From positions 18,701 through 82,700 of the forward strand of contig CAYTYR010000008.1 in assembly GCA_964441745.1 (NCBI GenBank): a DNA stretch of 64,000 nucleotides, in the 5' to 3' direction. Every line of letters begins with the position of its first letter. The stretch's first letter is position 1. Both the position numbers and the translations under genes were made by a program. The notes beneath the pieces are model-generated. The model was not told the DNA's origin. It worked only from the letters and a program-made list of their open reading frames with translations, and did not search any database. Shown here piece by piece: positions 54,409 to 64,000 of the stretch. Source of the stretch: an uncultured Clostridia bacterium. GTDB lineage: Bacteria; CAYTYR01; UBA6262.

Positions 54409-56523
54409 ATGGAAGCAACGGAATTTATCGTCAGTAATATCCGCCAGGATGTCGAGAAGTCCCAGGAGATAGTGGCCAATACGATAGCGCTGTTAGCAGG
54501 CGGGGCCACTATTCCGTTTATCGCCAGATACCGCAAGGAACAGACCGGGGGGATGGATGAGACCGTCATCCGCAAGATAGCCGACCGGTTGGAATACTAC
54601 CAGCAGCTGCAGGAGCGCAAAGAAACGATCCTCAAGAGTATCGAGTCTCAGGGGAAGCTGACCGAGGAGTTGAAAAAGCAGGTAGTGGAGTGTACTGACA
54701 AGTCTGTCCTGGAAGATATTTACCTGCCCTACAAGCCGAAACATAAGACCAGGGCCAGCGTAGCTAAAGAAAAAGGATTGGAACCCCTGGCTGATCTAAT
54801 GATGACGGAGAAACCAGGCCAGAAGAGCAAGGAAGAACTGGCTGGCCCATTCGTGAACGCGGAAAAGGGCGTGGAATCCCTCGAGAAAGCCATCTCCGGA
54901 GCCAAGGATATCATTGCTGAGCGAATATCTGATGACGCCGGGATCAGGGGCTGGGTGCGGACGATCACTGCTAATAAGGGCATTTTGAAGTCCATAGCGA
55001 TGCCTGACTTCAAAGAGATCCAGACTAAATATAATAATTATTATGATACTGCTGAACTGCTCAAAACGGCTCCTTCGCACCGGATCCTGGCGATCCGCCG
55101 GGGGAATAAAGAAGATGTCCTGCACTGGAAACTGCAGGTAGATGCAGAATATATTGTGCAGCGGATCGGCGAGATGACGCTGAATAAGCAGGAACTGCTT
55201 TTTGAGGAAGAAATACTGGCGGCTGTGGAAAAAGCTGAAGCCGAGGCGATAGGAGTTTTCTCTATTAACCTGCGCAATCTCCTGCTGGCGCCGCCGGCCG
55301 GCTCCAAGGGTATCATCGGTATTGATCCCGGCTTCCGCACCGGTTGTAAAGTAGCCGTGGTTGATGAGATGGGTGATTTTAAGGAATTCCGGACGATCTA
55401 TCCGACTGAACCGAAGAATGACCTGGCTGGAGCTGAAACGATCCTGCTGGAATTGATCAAGAAATATCAGCCAGAGCTGATCGCAATCGGCAATGGAACT
55501 GGTTCTAAAGAAACAGACCAGTTTGTCAAAGGGATGATCAAGAAGAATAAATTAAAAATACACAGTATGGTGGTGAGCGAGGCGGGAGCTTCGGTGTATT
55601 CAGCGTCAGAACTGGCAGGGAAAGAATATCCTGACCTGGACCTGACTGCGCGGGGAGCGATCAGCATTGCCCACCGTTTGCAGGATCCGCTGGCTGAGCT
55701 GGTGAAGATAGACCCGAAATCGATCGGCGTAGGCCAGTACCAGCATGATGTGAACCAGAAAGAACTGAAAAAATCCCTCGGCCTGACGGTAGAATCTTGC
55801 GTTAACTTCGTCGGGGTTGACCTGAATACTGCTTCCGCAGTATTGCTGAAATATGTGTCGGGGATCGGTCCGCAAATAGCTGATAATATCGTGAAGTACC
55901 GGACGGACAATGGAAAGTTCAAGAGCCGGAAAGAGTTGAAGGAAGTGCCAAAGCTCGGACCGAAAGCATTTGAGCAGTGCGCAGGATTCCTGAAAGTGCC
56001 AGATGCCAAGAATCCCCTGGATAATTCCACCATTCATCCGGAATCTTATCCAGCGGTAGAGAACATAGCCCAGGACCTGGGAGTGAAGGTTAAGGAGCTG
56101 ATCGGGAATAATGAACTACTTGATCAGATCAAACCGGAGATTTACGCACAGGAAGTGGGCGCGATGACGCTCCAGGATATAATCGCTGAGCTGAGGAAGC
56201 CGGGACGGGACCCGCGGAAGGAATTCAAGAGCGTGGAATTCTCGTCAGAGATAAATGAACTGAAAGACCTGGTCGCGGGTATGGTCCTGACCGGAACAGT
56301 GACCAATGTGACCAACTTTGGGGCCTTTGTGGATATCGGAGTGCACCAGGACGGGCTGATCCATATCTCCCAGCTATCTGATAAATTTGTAAAGAGCCCT
56401 TACGATGTTGTCTCGGTCGGGGACACGGTGACAGTGGAAGTATTGTCGGTGGATGTGGAGAGGAAGAGGATTGCGATCAAGAACCTGACCGGACGGGTGG
56501 CACAGACAACAGAAAGTAGATAA
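54409..56523 (+). CDS. tex: Tex-like transcription accessory protein (YqgF/RuvC-like, HhH and S1 domains)
   Basis: 'GIDPGFRTGCKVAVVDEMG' is the YqgF-like motif. The C-terminal S1 is 'VLTGTVTNVTNFGAFVDIGVHQDGLIHIS'. The protein is 704 aa. Confidence 0.85.
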   Translation: MEATEFIVSNIRQDVEKSQEIVANTIALLAGGATIPFIARYRKEQTGGMDETVIRKIADRLEYYQQLQERKETILKSIESQGKLTEELKKQVVECTDKSVLEDIYLPYKPKHKTRASVAKEKGLEPLADLMMTEKPGQKSKEELAGPFVNAEKGVESLEKAISGAKDIIAERISDDAGIRGWVRTITANKGILKSIAMPDFKEIQTKYNNYYDTAELLKTAPSHRILAIRRGNKEDVLHWKLQVDAEYIVQRIGEMTLNKQELLFEEEILAAVEKAEAEAIGVFSINLRNLLLAPPAGSKGIIGIDPGFRTGCKVAVVDEMGDFKEFRTIYPTEPKNDLAGAETILLELIKKYQPELIAIGNGTGSKETDQFVKGMIKKNKLKIHSMVVSEAGASVYSASELAGKEYPDLDLTARGAISIAHRLQDPLAELVKIDPKSIGVGQYQHDVNQKELKKSLGLTVESCVNFVGVDLNTASAVLLKYVSGIGPQIADNIVKYRTDNGKFKSRKELKEVPKLGPKAFEQCAGFLKVPDAKNPLDNSTIHPESYPAVENIAQDLGVKVKELIGNNELLDQIKPEIYAQEVGAMTLQDIIAELRKPGRDPRKEFKSVEFSSEINELKDLVAGMVLTGTVTNVTNFGAFVDIGVHQDGLIHISQLSDKFVKSPYDVVSVGDTVTVEVLSVDVERKRIAIKNLTGRVAQTTESR

Positions 56524-57870
56524 ATGATGAAAGTTTTGCTGGTTAATCCCTGGATCTATGATTTCGCCGCGTTTGACTTATGGTCCAAGCCGCTGGGACT
56601 GCTTACTATCGCGGCCAGCCTGCAGAGTTTGGGAGTAGAAACCAGGCTGATCGACTGCCTGGACCGGTTTCATCCGGAATTATTAAAACACCTGAAAGGG
56701 AAACCGCCCAAGAGCACAAAATATGGCAGCGGACAATATTATGCTGAAGAGATTGCTAAACCAGACCTCTACAAAAATATCCCGCGTAAGTATAAACGTT
56801 ATGGATTGCCGTTAGAGTTATTTGAAAAAATACTGAAAGCTGAAGCTGAACCAGATGTGATTTTGGTGACTTCCGGTATGACCTATTGGTATCCGGGGGT
56901 ATTTGCAGCTATTAGCCTGCTGAAACAAAGATTCCCAGGGACACCAGTAATACTCGGCGGTATTTATGCCCGGCTGTGTACTGATCATGCGGTCAAGTAC
57001 AGCAGCGCTGACCAGGTGTATAATGGCAGTGATCTCCGGGAGATACTGCAATTAATAGGAAAAGTGACGGCACAAAAACTGGATCCAGGCAGGATTAAGC
57101 AGAATGAGTATATTATACCGGCTTATGACCTGTATGAGACTCTCACCTACATCACGATACGGGCTTCATCTGGCTGTCCATTCCATTGCAGTTATTGCGG
57201 CTGGCATTTACTGGAGGACGGATTCAGGCCAGAACCAGCAGATAAGGTCCTGGCAGAAATCCAGCAGTACTGGCAAAAGGGAGTGCGGAACTTTGCTTTT
57301 TATGATGAGGCGCTTCTTTACCAGGCAGAAGAGTATCTGCAGAAATTATTGGCAGGACTGATCAAAAGTAAGATCAAGGCGTTTCTGCATAATCCCAATG
57401 GCCTGCATACGCGGTTCCTGACCCAGGAGCTGGCGCTCCTGCTGCGCCAGGCAGGATTTGTCCAGCCGCGGCTGGCGTTGGAAACAACGTCCGAGCAAAG
57501 ACAAAACAAAACCAGCCCTAAAACAAACAACGAGGATTTTTTACGGGCAGTCAAGTGCCTGAAAAACGCCGGTTACCAAGGCAAGGAGATAGCGGTAAAT
57601 ATCCTGGTCGGCCTGCCGGGGCAGGATCCGGCGGAGATAGCAGAGTCAGTCAATTATATCCAGGCTACCGGCAGCCGCATATTTTTGGAAGAATATTCCC
57701 CGGTGCCGGGCACTAAGGATTATGCCAGGTCCGGCCTGGCCAGGGACTGCGATCCGCTCCTGCATAACAACAGTATCCTGCCGCTGTATCAGCCCTCAGA
57801 TTACGAAAATATCCAACTAATAAAAAACCAGGTACATGCCTATAATCTGGTTGATTTTAAGCAGTTTTAG
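56524..57870 (+). CDS. B12-binding-domain radical SAM protein
   Basis: The N-terminus is Rossmann-like ('KVLLVNPW...PLGLLTIAASL'). The radical SAM cluster motif is 'CPFHCSYCGW'. Confidence 0.7.
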   Translation: MMKVLLVNPWIYDFAAFDLWSKPLGLLTIAASLQSLGVETRLIDCLDRFHPELLKHLKGKPPKSTKYGSGQYYAEEIAKPDLYKNIPRKYKRYGLPLELFEKILKAEAEPDVILVTSGMTYWYPGVFAAISLLKQRFPGTPVILGGIYARLCTDHAVKYSSADQVYNGSDLREILQLIGKVTAQKLDPGRIKQNEYIIPAYDLYETLTYITIRASSGCPFHCSYCGWHLLEDGFRPEPADKVLAEIQQYWQKGVRNFAFYDEALLYQAEEYLQKLLAGLIKSKIKAFLHNPNGLHTRFLTQELALLLRQAGFVQPRLALETTSEQRQNKTSPKTNNEDFLRAVKCLKNAGYQGKEIAVNILVGLPGQDPAEIAESVNYIQATGSRIFLEEYSPVPGTKDYARSGLARDCDPLLHNNSILPLYQPSDYENIQLIKNQVHAYNLVDFKQF

Positions 57871-57898
57871 GGGTATATTTATAGCAGGGAGATGGAGT

Positions 57899-58819
57899 AT
57901 GAATAATAAAAAAGGCAATGCTATTGTCTTTGCTACCATCGTAGTATTTATTGTGCTGGTAATCGGCACAAGCGTTTTATATTTAAGCGAAAACGAAGCC
58001 AGGAAAAGCGTCAGAAGCAATCTGCAAAACGCCACGTTTTATATTGCTGAAGGCGGATTGCATAAAGCCATGTGGGATCTCAACCGTGATAGTTCGTATA
58101 CTGGCGAATCGAATACTGCTTTAGGAAAAGGGGCCTTTACGGTTACGGTTAATACGCCAGCCGGCCAGCCTGACCAGCGGGAGGTTACTGTCCTGGGAAA
58201 GATTGGCTGGTCCCGCCGGAAAATTAAAGCGCTGAGCGAAAAAATACCGGCTAATATTATCGTTACCAGCGCTTTAGCCTGCGGCGGCAATGTCAGTATG
58301 GGCGGTACGGCCAATATAGTCGGAGACCCCTTAATAGACGTGGTGGTGCCGGATGGAAGCGCTGTAACTATTTCGGGAGCAGCGACAGCGCAAGATACTA
58401 GTCATGCTCCTTTTCCTGATTTCCAAACAGTTTTCGGGGTCACCATGGACGCCATGAAGGACTATGCCACCACTAAATATACTAATCCCGGTAATAATGC
58501 TGACTGCAATGGCATCACGTGGGTTGAGGGGGATTTTAAAGCTACGGCTAATGACTGGCGTGGCTCGGGTATTCTTATTGTTAACGGTAATTTTGATATT
58601 GACGGAGGTCTTTTCACCGGCGTGATCTATGTAGTAGGCGCCTTCAGTATGTCTGGTAATGCCCAGATCAGTGGTTCGATCTTGAGCCAATCTTCGGTGG
58701 AAGTGACTGGTATTTATGGTACCGCTGATATTTTCTATAATGCTGCCGCGATCGAGCAAGCCAATAATTCCTATCCTTTCCGGATAGTATCCTGGCAAGA
58801 AGTAAAAAACCAGATCTAA
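57899..58819 (+). CDS. PilX-like pilus-assembly / minor-pilin-like protein
   Basis: 'KGNAIVFATIVVFIVLVIG' is a PilX-N-type segment. The C-terminus is paralogous to 33797–35335. The RBS is GGGAGATGGAG. Confidence 0.5.
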   Translation: MNNKKGNAIVFATIVVFIVLVIGTSVLYLSENEARKSVRSNLQNATFYIAEGGLHKAMWDLNRDSSYTGESNTALGKGAFTVTVNTPAGQPDQREVTVLGKIGWSRRKIKALSEKIPANIIVTSALACGGNVSMGGTANIVGDPLIDVVVPDGSAVTISGAATAQDTSHAPFPDFQTVFGVTMDAMKDYATTKYTNPGNNADCNGITWVEGDFKATANDWRGSGILIVNGNFDIDGGLFTGVIYVVGAFSMSGNAQISGSILSQSSVEVTGIYGTADIFYNAAAIEQANNSYPFRIVSWQEVKNQI

Positions 58820-58892
58820 TAACTTTAAAATAATTTTACAAAAAAAATAGAGCTAATTGACTATCGGCAGATATTCTGGTATATGAACAAAT

Positions 58893-60421
58893 ATGCGTAA
58901 AATTATAACTGCTATCTGCCTGATAATATCTGTGCCGCTGATGTGCGCGGCGGCGGACATTACTGACTTAAGCCTGGGAGAAGCGCGCCAGCAGATAGAG
59001 AGCGACTTAAATTCGCTCCTGGTCTACCGGAAAGGATTAGCCGGCAATACGGCTTTTATCGCCGGGGATCAGGCCCTGGTACCGAATAAACAGGCTGATG
59101 TGCGCAGGCTGCTGGCCCAGATGGAAAGAGACACAGTCCGCCGCTACTGGCAAAGTACCATGGATTATTACCTGGCCCTTGATTATCTGGGAAAAAATTA
59201 TCAGCAGTATGACAATTTAATAGACCGGGAATCTAAAGAACTGGCCTTCCTGATCTTTTATGAAGCTTTCCTGGCTCAGTACCGCTTCGCTTTAGAAGCA
59301 ATCACTATCCTGGAAAAAGAACCCAGCCTGGATACGCTCCTGAATGAACCAATGCCAGAGCTGGGATTGCCTAAAAATACTTATCGTGATTTCAAGTTTC
59401 GTTTTCTCAATGTCGCCCGCGGTACGGAATTTGCCGCTCTTAACGCCCAATACCAGGCGCTCAAAGTTCCTGTGCCGGCAAAATTAAAGAATATCATTCA
59501 AGAAGATTCCAAAATTATTTGGAACATTAAGGGCCAAGGCACGGTCTTAACCCTTAAAAATGGGTTAAAGATCATGCAGAAAGCGGGGTTTGCCGCTTAC
59601 TTGCCTCTCCAGTCAGGAGTTTCTGTCTGGATGGGAGCCACTAAAGTCAAGCGGGCAAAAAAATCCCTGATCTCGCCGGCACAAATCAAGTCCTTATTGG
59701 CGGTATTACAACCGGGTGATATCATCCTGGAGCGACGGGAGTGGTACTTGTCCAATATCGGCTTGCCTGGATTCTGGACCCAGGCCGCGCTCTACATCGG
59801 GACAGCTACGCAGAGGGCAGAATACTTCAATGATGCGGAAGTCATTGAATTGGTGAAAACCCAGGGCTTCAGAGCAGGCACTTTTGAAAGTATGCTGGAG
59901 ATCCTGGATGCCAAAGCCTATGCTTTAAGCAAGCAACTGGATGCGCAATCACCTGCGCCGCGCATTCTTGAGGCCATTGGCCAGGGAGTCAGCTTCACCA
60001 GTTTGGAACATTCAGCTGATTGCGATTCCCTGGTAGTTTGCGCCCGCGGCTCAGCAAGAAAAACAAAGCCAAGGCCCTCTTAAAAGGTTTTTATTACCGC
60101 GGCCGGCTGTATGACTTTAATTTTGATTTCCTGACTGACGCTGAGTTGGTCTGCACTGAATTGATCGATAAAGCCTATGAACCAACTTCCGGCCAAAAAG
60201 GGCTGAATTTTGCGCTGACAGATTATCTGGGACACCTGTTACTGCCGGCTAATAATATGGCTAAACAATTCGATGAACAATACGGGACAAAACAGCAGCA
60301 GATAGAACTGGTCATTTTCCTGGATGGCGTGGAAAAGGAGAACCGGGCCAAAGTTTCTAACTTAAAAGAATTCCGCCGCAGCTGGCGCCGGCCCAAGTGG
60401 CATATCTTGACGCAGAAATAG
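58893..60421 (+). pseudogene. YiiX-family (permuted papain-fold, putative lipid hydrolase) gene split by a frameshift between 60017 and 60083; a possible homopolymer sequencing error
   Basis: ORF 58893–60083 (frame 0) carries 'PGDIILERREW'. The overlapping frame-2 ORF 60017–60421 carries the family C-terminal core 'GRLYDFNFDF...AELVCTELIDKAY'. The frames can be joined near the run 'agcaagaaaaacaaagcc'. Confidence 0.5.
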
Positions 60422-60454
60422 ACCTGGTAGAAAACATTTGTATTATCTAAAAAC

Positions 60455-61429
60455 ATGGAGGGAAATGTGAGAAAGACGAGAAGGATATTGGGAACAATTA
60501 CGATGATCGCGATGATCATTTTGAGCGGAACGGTCTTCGCCGGAGAGCAGGAAAACCTGGCCTTGATCAAAGCGGCCGGGGACGGGGATATCGCTAAAGT
60601 GCAGGCGCTCCTGGACCAAGGAGCAAGTATAACCGCCAAGTCGAACGACGGGGCTACGGCCTTGATGTGGGCCGCCGGGAAAGGCCATAAAGAAATAGCC
60701 GAACTGCTTATTAATGAAGGCGCACAGATAAATGCCAGGAGTAATAAAGGCGGTACAGCGTTGATGTCGGCTGCCGCCGCGGGGAAAAAAGAGATCGTGG
60801 GATTGCTCATTGCTAAAGGCGCCGAGGTCAAGGCTAAGACTGAGACCGGGATCACGGCCTTGATGTCAGCAGCAGCGGCCGGATATAAAGAAGTAGTGGA
60901 ATTGCTCATTGCCAAAGGAGCAGAGGTTAATGCCAAGACTACGGCCGGGACTACCGCCTTGATGTCAGCGGCTATGTATAACCACAAAGATATAGCCGAG
61001 ATGCTCATCGACAGCGGCGCAGACGTCAATGCCAGTGATAAAGAGGGATTCACCGCGCTGATGGCCGCAACCCAGGAAGGTAATGAAGTTGTGGCTGAAC
61101 TGCTCATTAGTAAAGGAGCAAATGTCAAGGCTAAGGATAGTACGGGAAATACCGTGCTCATGGTCGCGGCCTTGTACGGCCAAAAAGATATCGCTAAGAT
61201 GCTGATCAATAAAGGGGCAGACGTCAACGCCACGGAAAATATCAGCAGCGGCACTGCGCTAATGATAGCGGCGCAGAAAGGCTATAAGGAAATAGCCGCC
61301 TTGCTGATAGACTCAGGAGCCGATATTGATGCCAAGGATAATTCTGGCATGACCGCACGGATGGTGGCAGCCAAAGAGAAGCATCCAGAAGTAGAAAAAT
61401 TGCTGGAAAAAGCCGGAGCGATAGACTAA
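60455..61429 (+). CDS. Secreted ankyrin-repeat protein (~8 repeats)
   Basis: The signal peptide is 'ITMIAMIILSGTVFAG'. Repeats read 'G.TALM.AA..G.KEI...LI.KGA.VNA'. The GTG at 60467 with a GGAGGG RBS is an alternative start. Confidence 0.8.
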   Translation: MEGNVRKTRRILGTITMIAMIILSGTVFAGEQENLALIKAAGDGDIAKVQALLDQGASITAKSNDGATALMWAAGKGHKEIAELLINEGAQINARSNKGGTALMSAAAAGKKEIVGLLIAKGAEVKAKTETGITALMSAAAAGYKEVVELLIAKGAEVNAKTTAGTTALMSAAMYNHKDIAEMLIDSGADVNASDKEGFTALMAATQEGNEVVAELLISKGANVKAKDSTGNTVLMVAALYGQKDIAKMLINKGADVNATENISSGTALMIAAQKGYKEIAALLIDSGADIDAKDNSGMTARMVAAKEKHPEVEKLLEKAGAID

Positions 61430-61473
61430 AGGATCAGGGTATCAGGTTATCAAATAAATAAAAGGAGACGAAT

Positions 61474-61794
61474 TTGATACAGATCATGACCAACATTGAG
61501 TCAGTTCCAGGCAAAAAGATCGTTGAGCATTTCGGGTTAGTGTGCGGCAGTACGGTCAGAGCCAAGAATGCGTTCAAGGATTTTGGCGCCGGATTAAAGA
61601 ACCTGGTAGGCGGGGAGTTAAAATCCTACACTGAATTGATGAATGAATCCCGCAAACAAGCCCTGGAAAGGCTGAAATGCCAGGCAGAGAATTTAGGAGC
61701 GAATGCCATTATTAACGTACGTTTTGCTACCTCCAATATTGCTAACGGCGCCGCGGAGATTTATGTGTATGGGACTGCCGTTAGAGTGGAATGA
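61474..61794 (+). CDS. ybjQ: YbjQ/UPF0145 (DUF74) family protein
   Basis: 'GKKIVEHFGLVCGSTVRAKNAFKDFGAGLKNLVGGE...YGTAV' is collinear with E. coli YbjQ. Confidence 0.75.
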   Translation: MIQIMTNIESVPGKKIVEHFGLVCGSTVRAKNAFKDFGAGLKNLVGGELKSYTELMNESRKQALERLKCQAENLGANAIINVRFATSNIANGAAEIYVYGTAVRVE

Positions 61795-61805
61795 GGAGCT
61801 GAACA

Positions 61806-62231
61806 ATGGATCTGATACAATTAGCAATATTGGCGGCCATTGGCTATTTCGTCGGCACTGTAATCGAAAAAAAGCATTACCGGTCCATTAAGAAAAGGGA
61901 ACAAAAACTAATGTGCTGTCCGGTAGTAACTGGTGATGATTTTCTGGAAGACCGGCCGGTCAAAGTCACCAGACTGGTCTCCGGCAGTGTCGTGATCTCC
62001 AGTGATTATTTCAAGATGCTCGTCGGCAACCTGCTTAATTTAATCGGCGGAGAAGTGTCGGTATTTGAGAGCTTGCTGGACCGGGCGCGGAGAGAGGCGG
62101 TACTGAGAATGAAGGAAGAAGCGACTAGGGCGGATATTATCCTGAATCTGCGGATCGAAACCAGCGCCATCGCCGGAAAAAATTCATGTGAAGCGCTGGC
62201 TTATGGCACAGCGGTCTATTACGAAAAATGA
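61806..62231 (+). CDS. YbjQ-family paralog with an N-terminal TM anchor
   Basis: The TM is 'LIQLAILAAIGYFVGTVI'. The DUF74 core reads 'VVTGDDFLEDRPV...LIGGEVSVFESLL...AYGTAVY'. Confidence 0.65.
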   Translation: MDLIQLAILAAIGYFVGTVIEKKHYRSIKKREQKLMCCPVVTGDDFLEDRPVKVTRLVSGSVVISSDYFKMLVGNLLNLIGGEVSVFESLLDRARREAVLRMKEEATRADIILNLRIETSAIAGKNSCEALAYGTAVYYEK

Positions 62232-63070
62232 AATACACCCCTAAGGAAATAGATGAAAATATGAATATCTCGCCGCAATCCCCATTGCGGACATTTTCTA
62301 TGGCGATGGCAAAAATTGTCGCTTTACTGGTTATGATCTATTTTGCCATCGGCGTGGCGGTTGATATTATTGCCCCCCGCATCTCCATCGAAACAGAAAA
62401 AAAGATCGGGGCCCTGGCGGGAGCTGACTTTAAGGACAAAAAACAAACTGAGCAGGAATTGCGCCTGCAGGCCATCCTCGATCCATTGGTCAAAGGGGAG
62501 CCGGCCTTGCCGGGATTTAACTATAAGGTTTATGTACAAGACAATAACCAGGTTAACGCCCTGGCTTTGCCTGGCGGTAATATCGTAGTCTTCACTGGCT
62601 TGATCAAAGAAGTGAACTCAGAGAACGAGATGGCCATGATCTTAGCCCACGAATTAGGACATTTCCGGAACCGTGACCATCTCCGCGGCATGGGGCGGCA
62701 GTTAATCCTGTTACTGCTGGTTACCTTTTTCTCCGGCGGTGACACCACCTCCCAAAAAGTGATCATGCCTTCGATCACTACCATGCAGATGAGATTCTCC
62801 CAGGGCCAGGAAAGAGCGGCAGACCAGTTTGGCTTGGACTTGTTAAATAAAACCTATGGGCATATTTCCGGGTCCACTGATTTTTTTGTCAAGATGTCTA
62901 AAAAGGATGATTGGCCTAAATTCATGTATTTTTTCAGTACCCATCCCTATCCAGCCAGCAGAATACTCGCGATTACTGACCGGATACAAAAGCAAAGATA
63001 CTTAGCAGGTAAAGTCGAACCATTATGGGGGGCTTTGATCCCTTCATCTGCGGAAGGGTTTAGCAACTAA
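62228..63070 (+). CDS. M48-family zinc metallopeptidase (HtpX/Ste24-like)
   Basis: The HExxH motif is 'ILAHELGHF'. A TM or signal segment is present. The start overlaps the previous gene's stop by 4 bp. Confidence 0.75.
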   Translation: MKYTPKEIDENMNISPQSPLRTFSMAMAKIVALLVMIYFAIGVAVDIIAPRISIETEKKIGALAGADFKDKKQTEQELRLQAILDPLVKGEPALPGFNYKVYVQDNNQVNALALPGGNIVVFTGLIKEVNSENEMAMILAHELGHFRNRDHLRGMGRQLILLLLVTFFSGGDTTSQKVIMPSITTMQMRFSQGQERAADQFGLDLLNKTYGHISGSTDFFVKMSKKDDWPKFMYFFSTHPYPASRILAITDRIQKQRYLAGKVEPLWGALIPSSAEGFSN

Positions 63071-63161
63071 GCGAAAAACTAAGTCTATTTTATCTTGACT
63101 TGTCAATATAGGAAGTGTTATATAAAAGTGTTATCCCAACAAATATATAGAGGATATTATC

Positions 63162-63689
63162 ATGCTTTGGTTTAAAACTATCAGACAGGTAGTAGCTATT
63201 TTTCGCGACAACCAGGACCCGGATGAGATCGGGGCTGGTTTTGCTTTGGGATCCATCATCGGCCTGAATCCGACCAACACTTTGCATAATTATGTCATCC
63301 TGCTGCTGCTGTTTCTGCTCAAAGTGAATAAGGGCGCGGCTCTTATTGGCATGACTATTTTTGCCGTGATCGGCTATTTGACAGACCCGTATGCGCATAA
63401 GATCGGCTATCAACTGCTGGTGGAAATGCCGTCCCTGAATCCTTTCTGGACCAAGATGTATAACACACCGATCATACCGTTTACCCGTTTTAACAATACG
63501 GTCGTGCTGGGCAGTCTGGTCATCGCCCTGGTCCTGTTCATTCCAGTCTGGCTCATTGGCAAGAAACTGATCATCCTGTATCGCAAGAATCTTCAGGGGA
63601 AAGTCAATAAATGGAAGGTCATCAAGATCCTGCAGCAAGCTAAATGGTATGAAAAATATCTTAGAATAAAGGCTACCTTTAATGATTAA
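63162..63689 (+). CDS. Conserved integral membrane protein (DUF2062/TIGR03546-like; tentative)
   Basis: It has three hydrophobic helices. The family name is recalled, not verified. Confidence 0.45.
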   Translation: MLWFKTIRQVVAIFRDNQDPDEIGAGFALGSIIGLNPTNTLHNYVILLLLFLLKVNKGAALIGMTIFAVIGYLTDPYAHKIGYQLLVEMPSLNPFWTKMYNTPIIPFTRFNNTVVLGSLVIALVLFIPVWLIGKKLIILYRKNLQGKVNKWKVIKILQQAKWYEKYLRIKATFND

Positions 63690-64000
63690 ATTCCGAAAAA
63701 GCTCACTGCTCATAATTTTCGTCGTCTTAGCTATCTTTATCGTCGTAGGCATAATATTCCGTGACGCGATCCTGAAACGGGCTTTTATTTCCACGGGCGA
63801 AATGATGACCGGCGCCAAGGTGGAAATGTCTTCTTTCCAGACCAGCCTGATGGATTCCTCGCTGGAGATCAAAGGACTGCAAGTCGCCAACAAGAGTGAT
63901 GTCTGGAAAAACCTGGTCGCTATCGACCTGCTGAAATTTGATATGCGTTTCCTGCCGCTATTGACGAAGAAAGTCGCGATCGAAAATATGACGGTATCAA
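63682..64000 (+). CDS. Membrane-anchored protein, 3' partial at the window end (possible TIGR03545-like partner of the previous gene)
   Basis: The ATG overlaps the previous stop. The N-terminal TM is 'LLIIFVVLAIFIVVGIIF'. The frame is open to position 64000. Confidence 0.4.
   Translation, partial: MIKFRKSSLLIIFVVLAIFIVVGIIFRDAILKRAFISTGEMMTGAKVEMSSFQTSLMDSSLEIKGLQVANKSDVWKNLVAIDLLKFDMRFLPLLTKKVAIENMTVS

Noticed and set aside
60223-61254. 343-aa minus-strand ORF
   Set aside because: It is antisense to the ankyrin-repeat gene. Repetitive Ala/Ser/Leu composition is what antisense of ANK repeats produces. It has no RBS and no motif.
63090-63893. 267-aa minus-strand ORF
   Set aside because: It overlaps two + strand membrane-protein genes that have good starts. 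Its translation is compositionally odd (Q/D runs) and has no motifs.
1-64000. tRNA or rRNA genes
   Set aside because: No intergenic gap is long enough for rRNA. Scanning the gaps for T-loop-like GTTCRANYC motifs and cloverleaf pairing found nothing convincing. This was not checked with a tRNA scanner.

Overview
Every credible gene in this 64 kb window is on the + strand, with short gaps or 1–4 bp start/stop overlaps between them. It looks like a contig from an uncultivated bacterium. The T9SS-type C-terminal sorting domains, the many type-IV-pilin-like genes and the giant repetitive ORFs would fit an Omnitrophota-like lineage, but that is speculation from gene content only. No rRNA, tRNA or CRISPR array was found.

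The window mixes housekeeping genes with three blocks that look accessory:

- **Housekeeping:** glmM, yajQ, ftn, rnr, an ABC-F ATPase, dus, glgP, tex, an M42 peptidase, M48 peptidase, an OmpA-family protein, a radical SAM protein and a 2929-aa cyclic beta-1,2-glucan synthase homolog.
- **Surface and secretion genes:** two cargo proteins with T9SS-type C-terminal sorting domains next to a PorV/FadL-like barrel, an orphan T2SS-F-domain protein, and a 1906-aa secreted protein made of about 15 SH3b-like modules separated by E/R/K-rich helical linkers.
- **AT-rich accessory cassette array (27.4–33.7 kb):** AbiE-like, MNT/HEPN and MazEF toxin–antitoxin pairs, an esterase and an iron-sulfur flavoprotein. 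They are punctuated by a repeated palindrome family (TTCCACCTACGCGGTGGAA in short and long forms) and centred on a REP-associated tyrosine transposase (RAYT) homolog.
- **Pilin-like operon (33.8–39.5 kb):** an excisionase-type HTH fused to a PilX-like membrane protein, a 1039-aa prepilin-type giant protein and a PilW-like minor pilin.
- **Candidate new defence locus (39.6–44.5 kb):** a McrB-family AAA+ GTPase with an uncharacterised N-terminal domain and no McrC partner, a 327-bp GC-rich structured noncoding stretch, a small 2-TM protein, a Pif1-like helicase fused to a WYL domain, and an MBL-fold hydrolase.
- **Smaller oddities:** a PurF-like protein with Ser in place of the catalytic Cys1, an EFR1-type flavodoxin/ferredoxin gene cut by an in-frame TAA, a frameshifted YiiX-like gene, and several operator-like repeat sites.

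All calls are made by eye from the sequence and the supplied translations. No database search was run.
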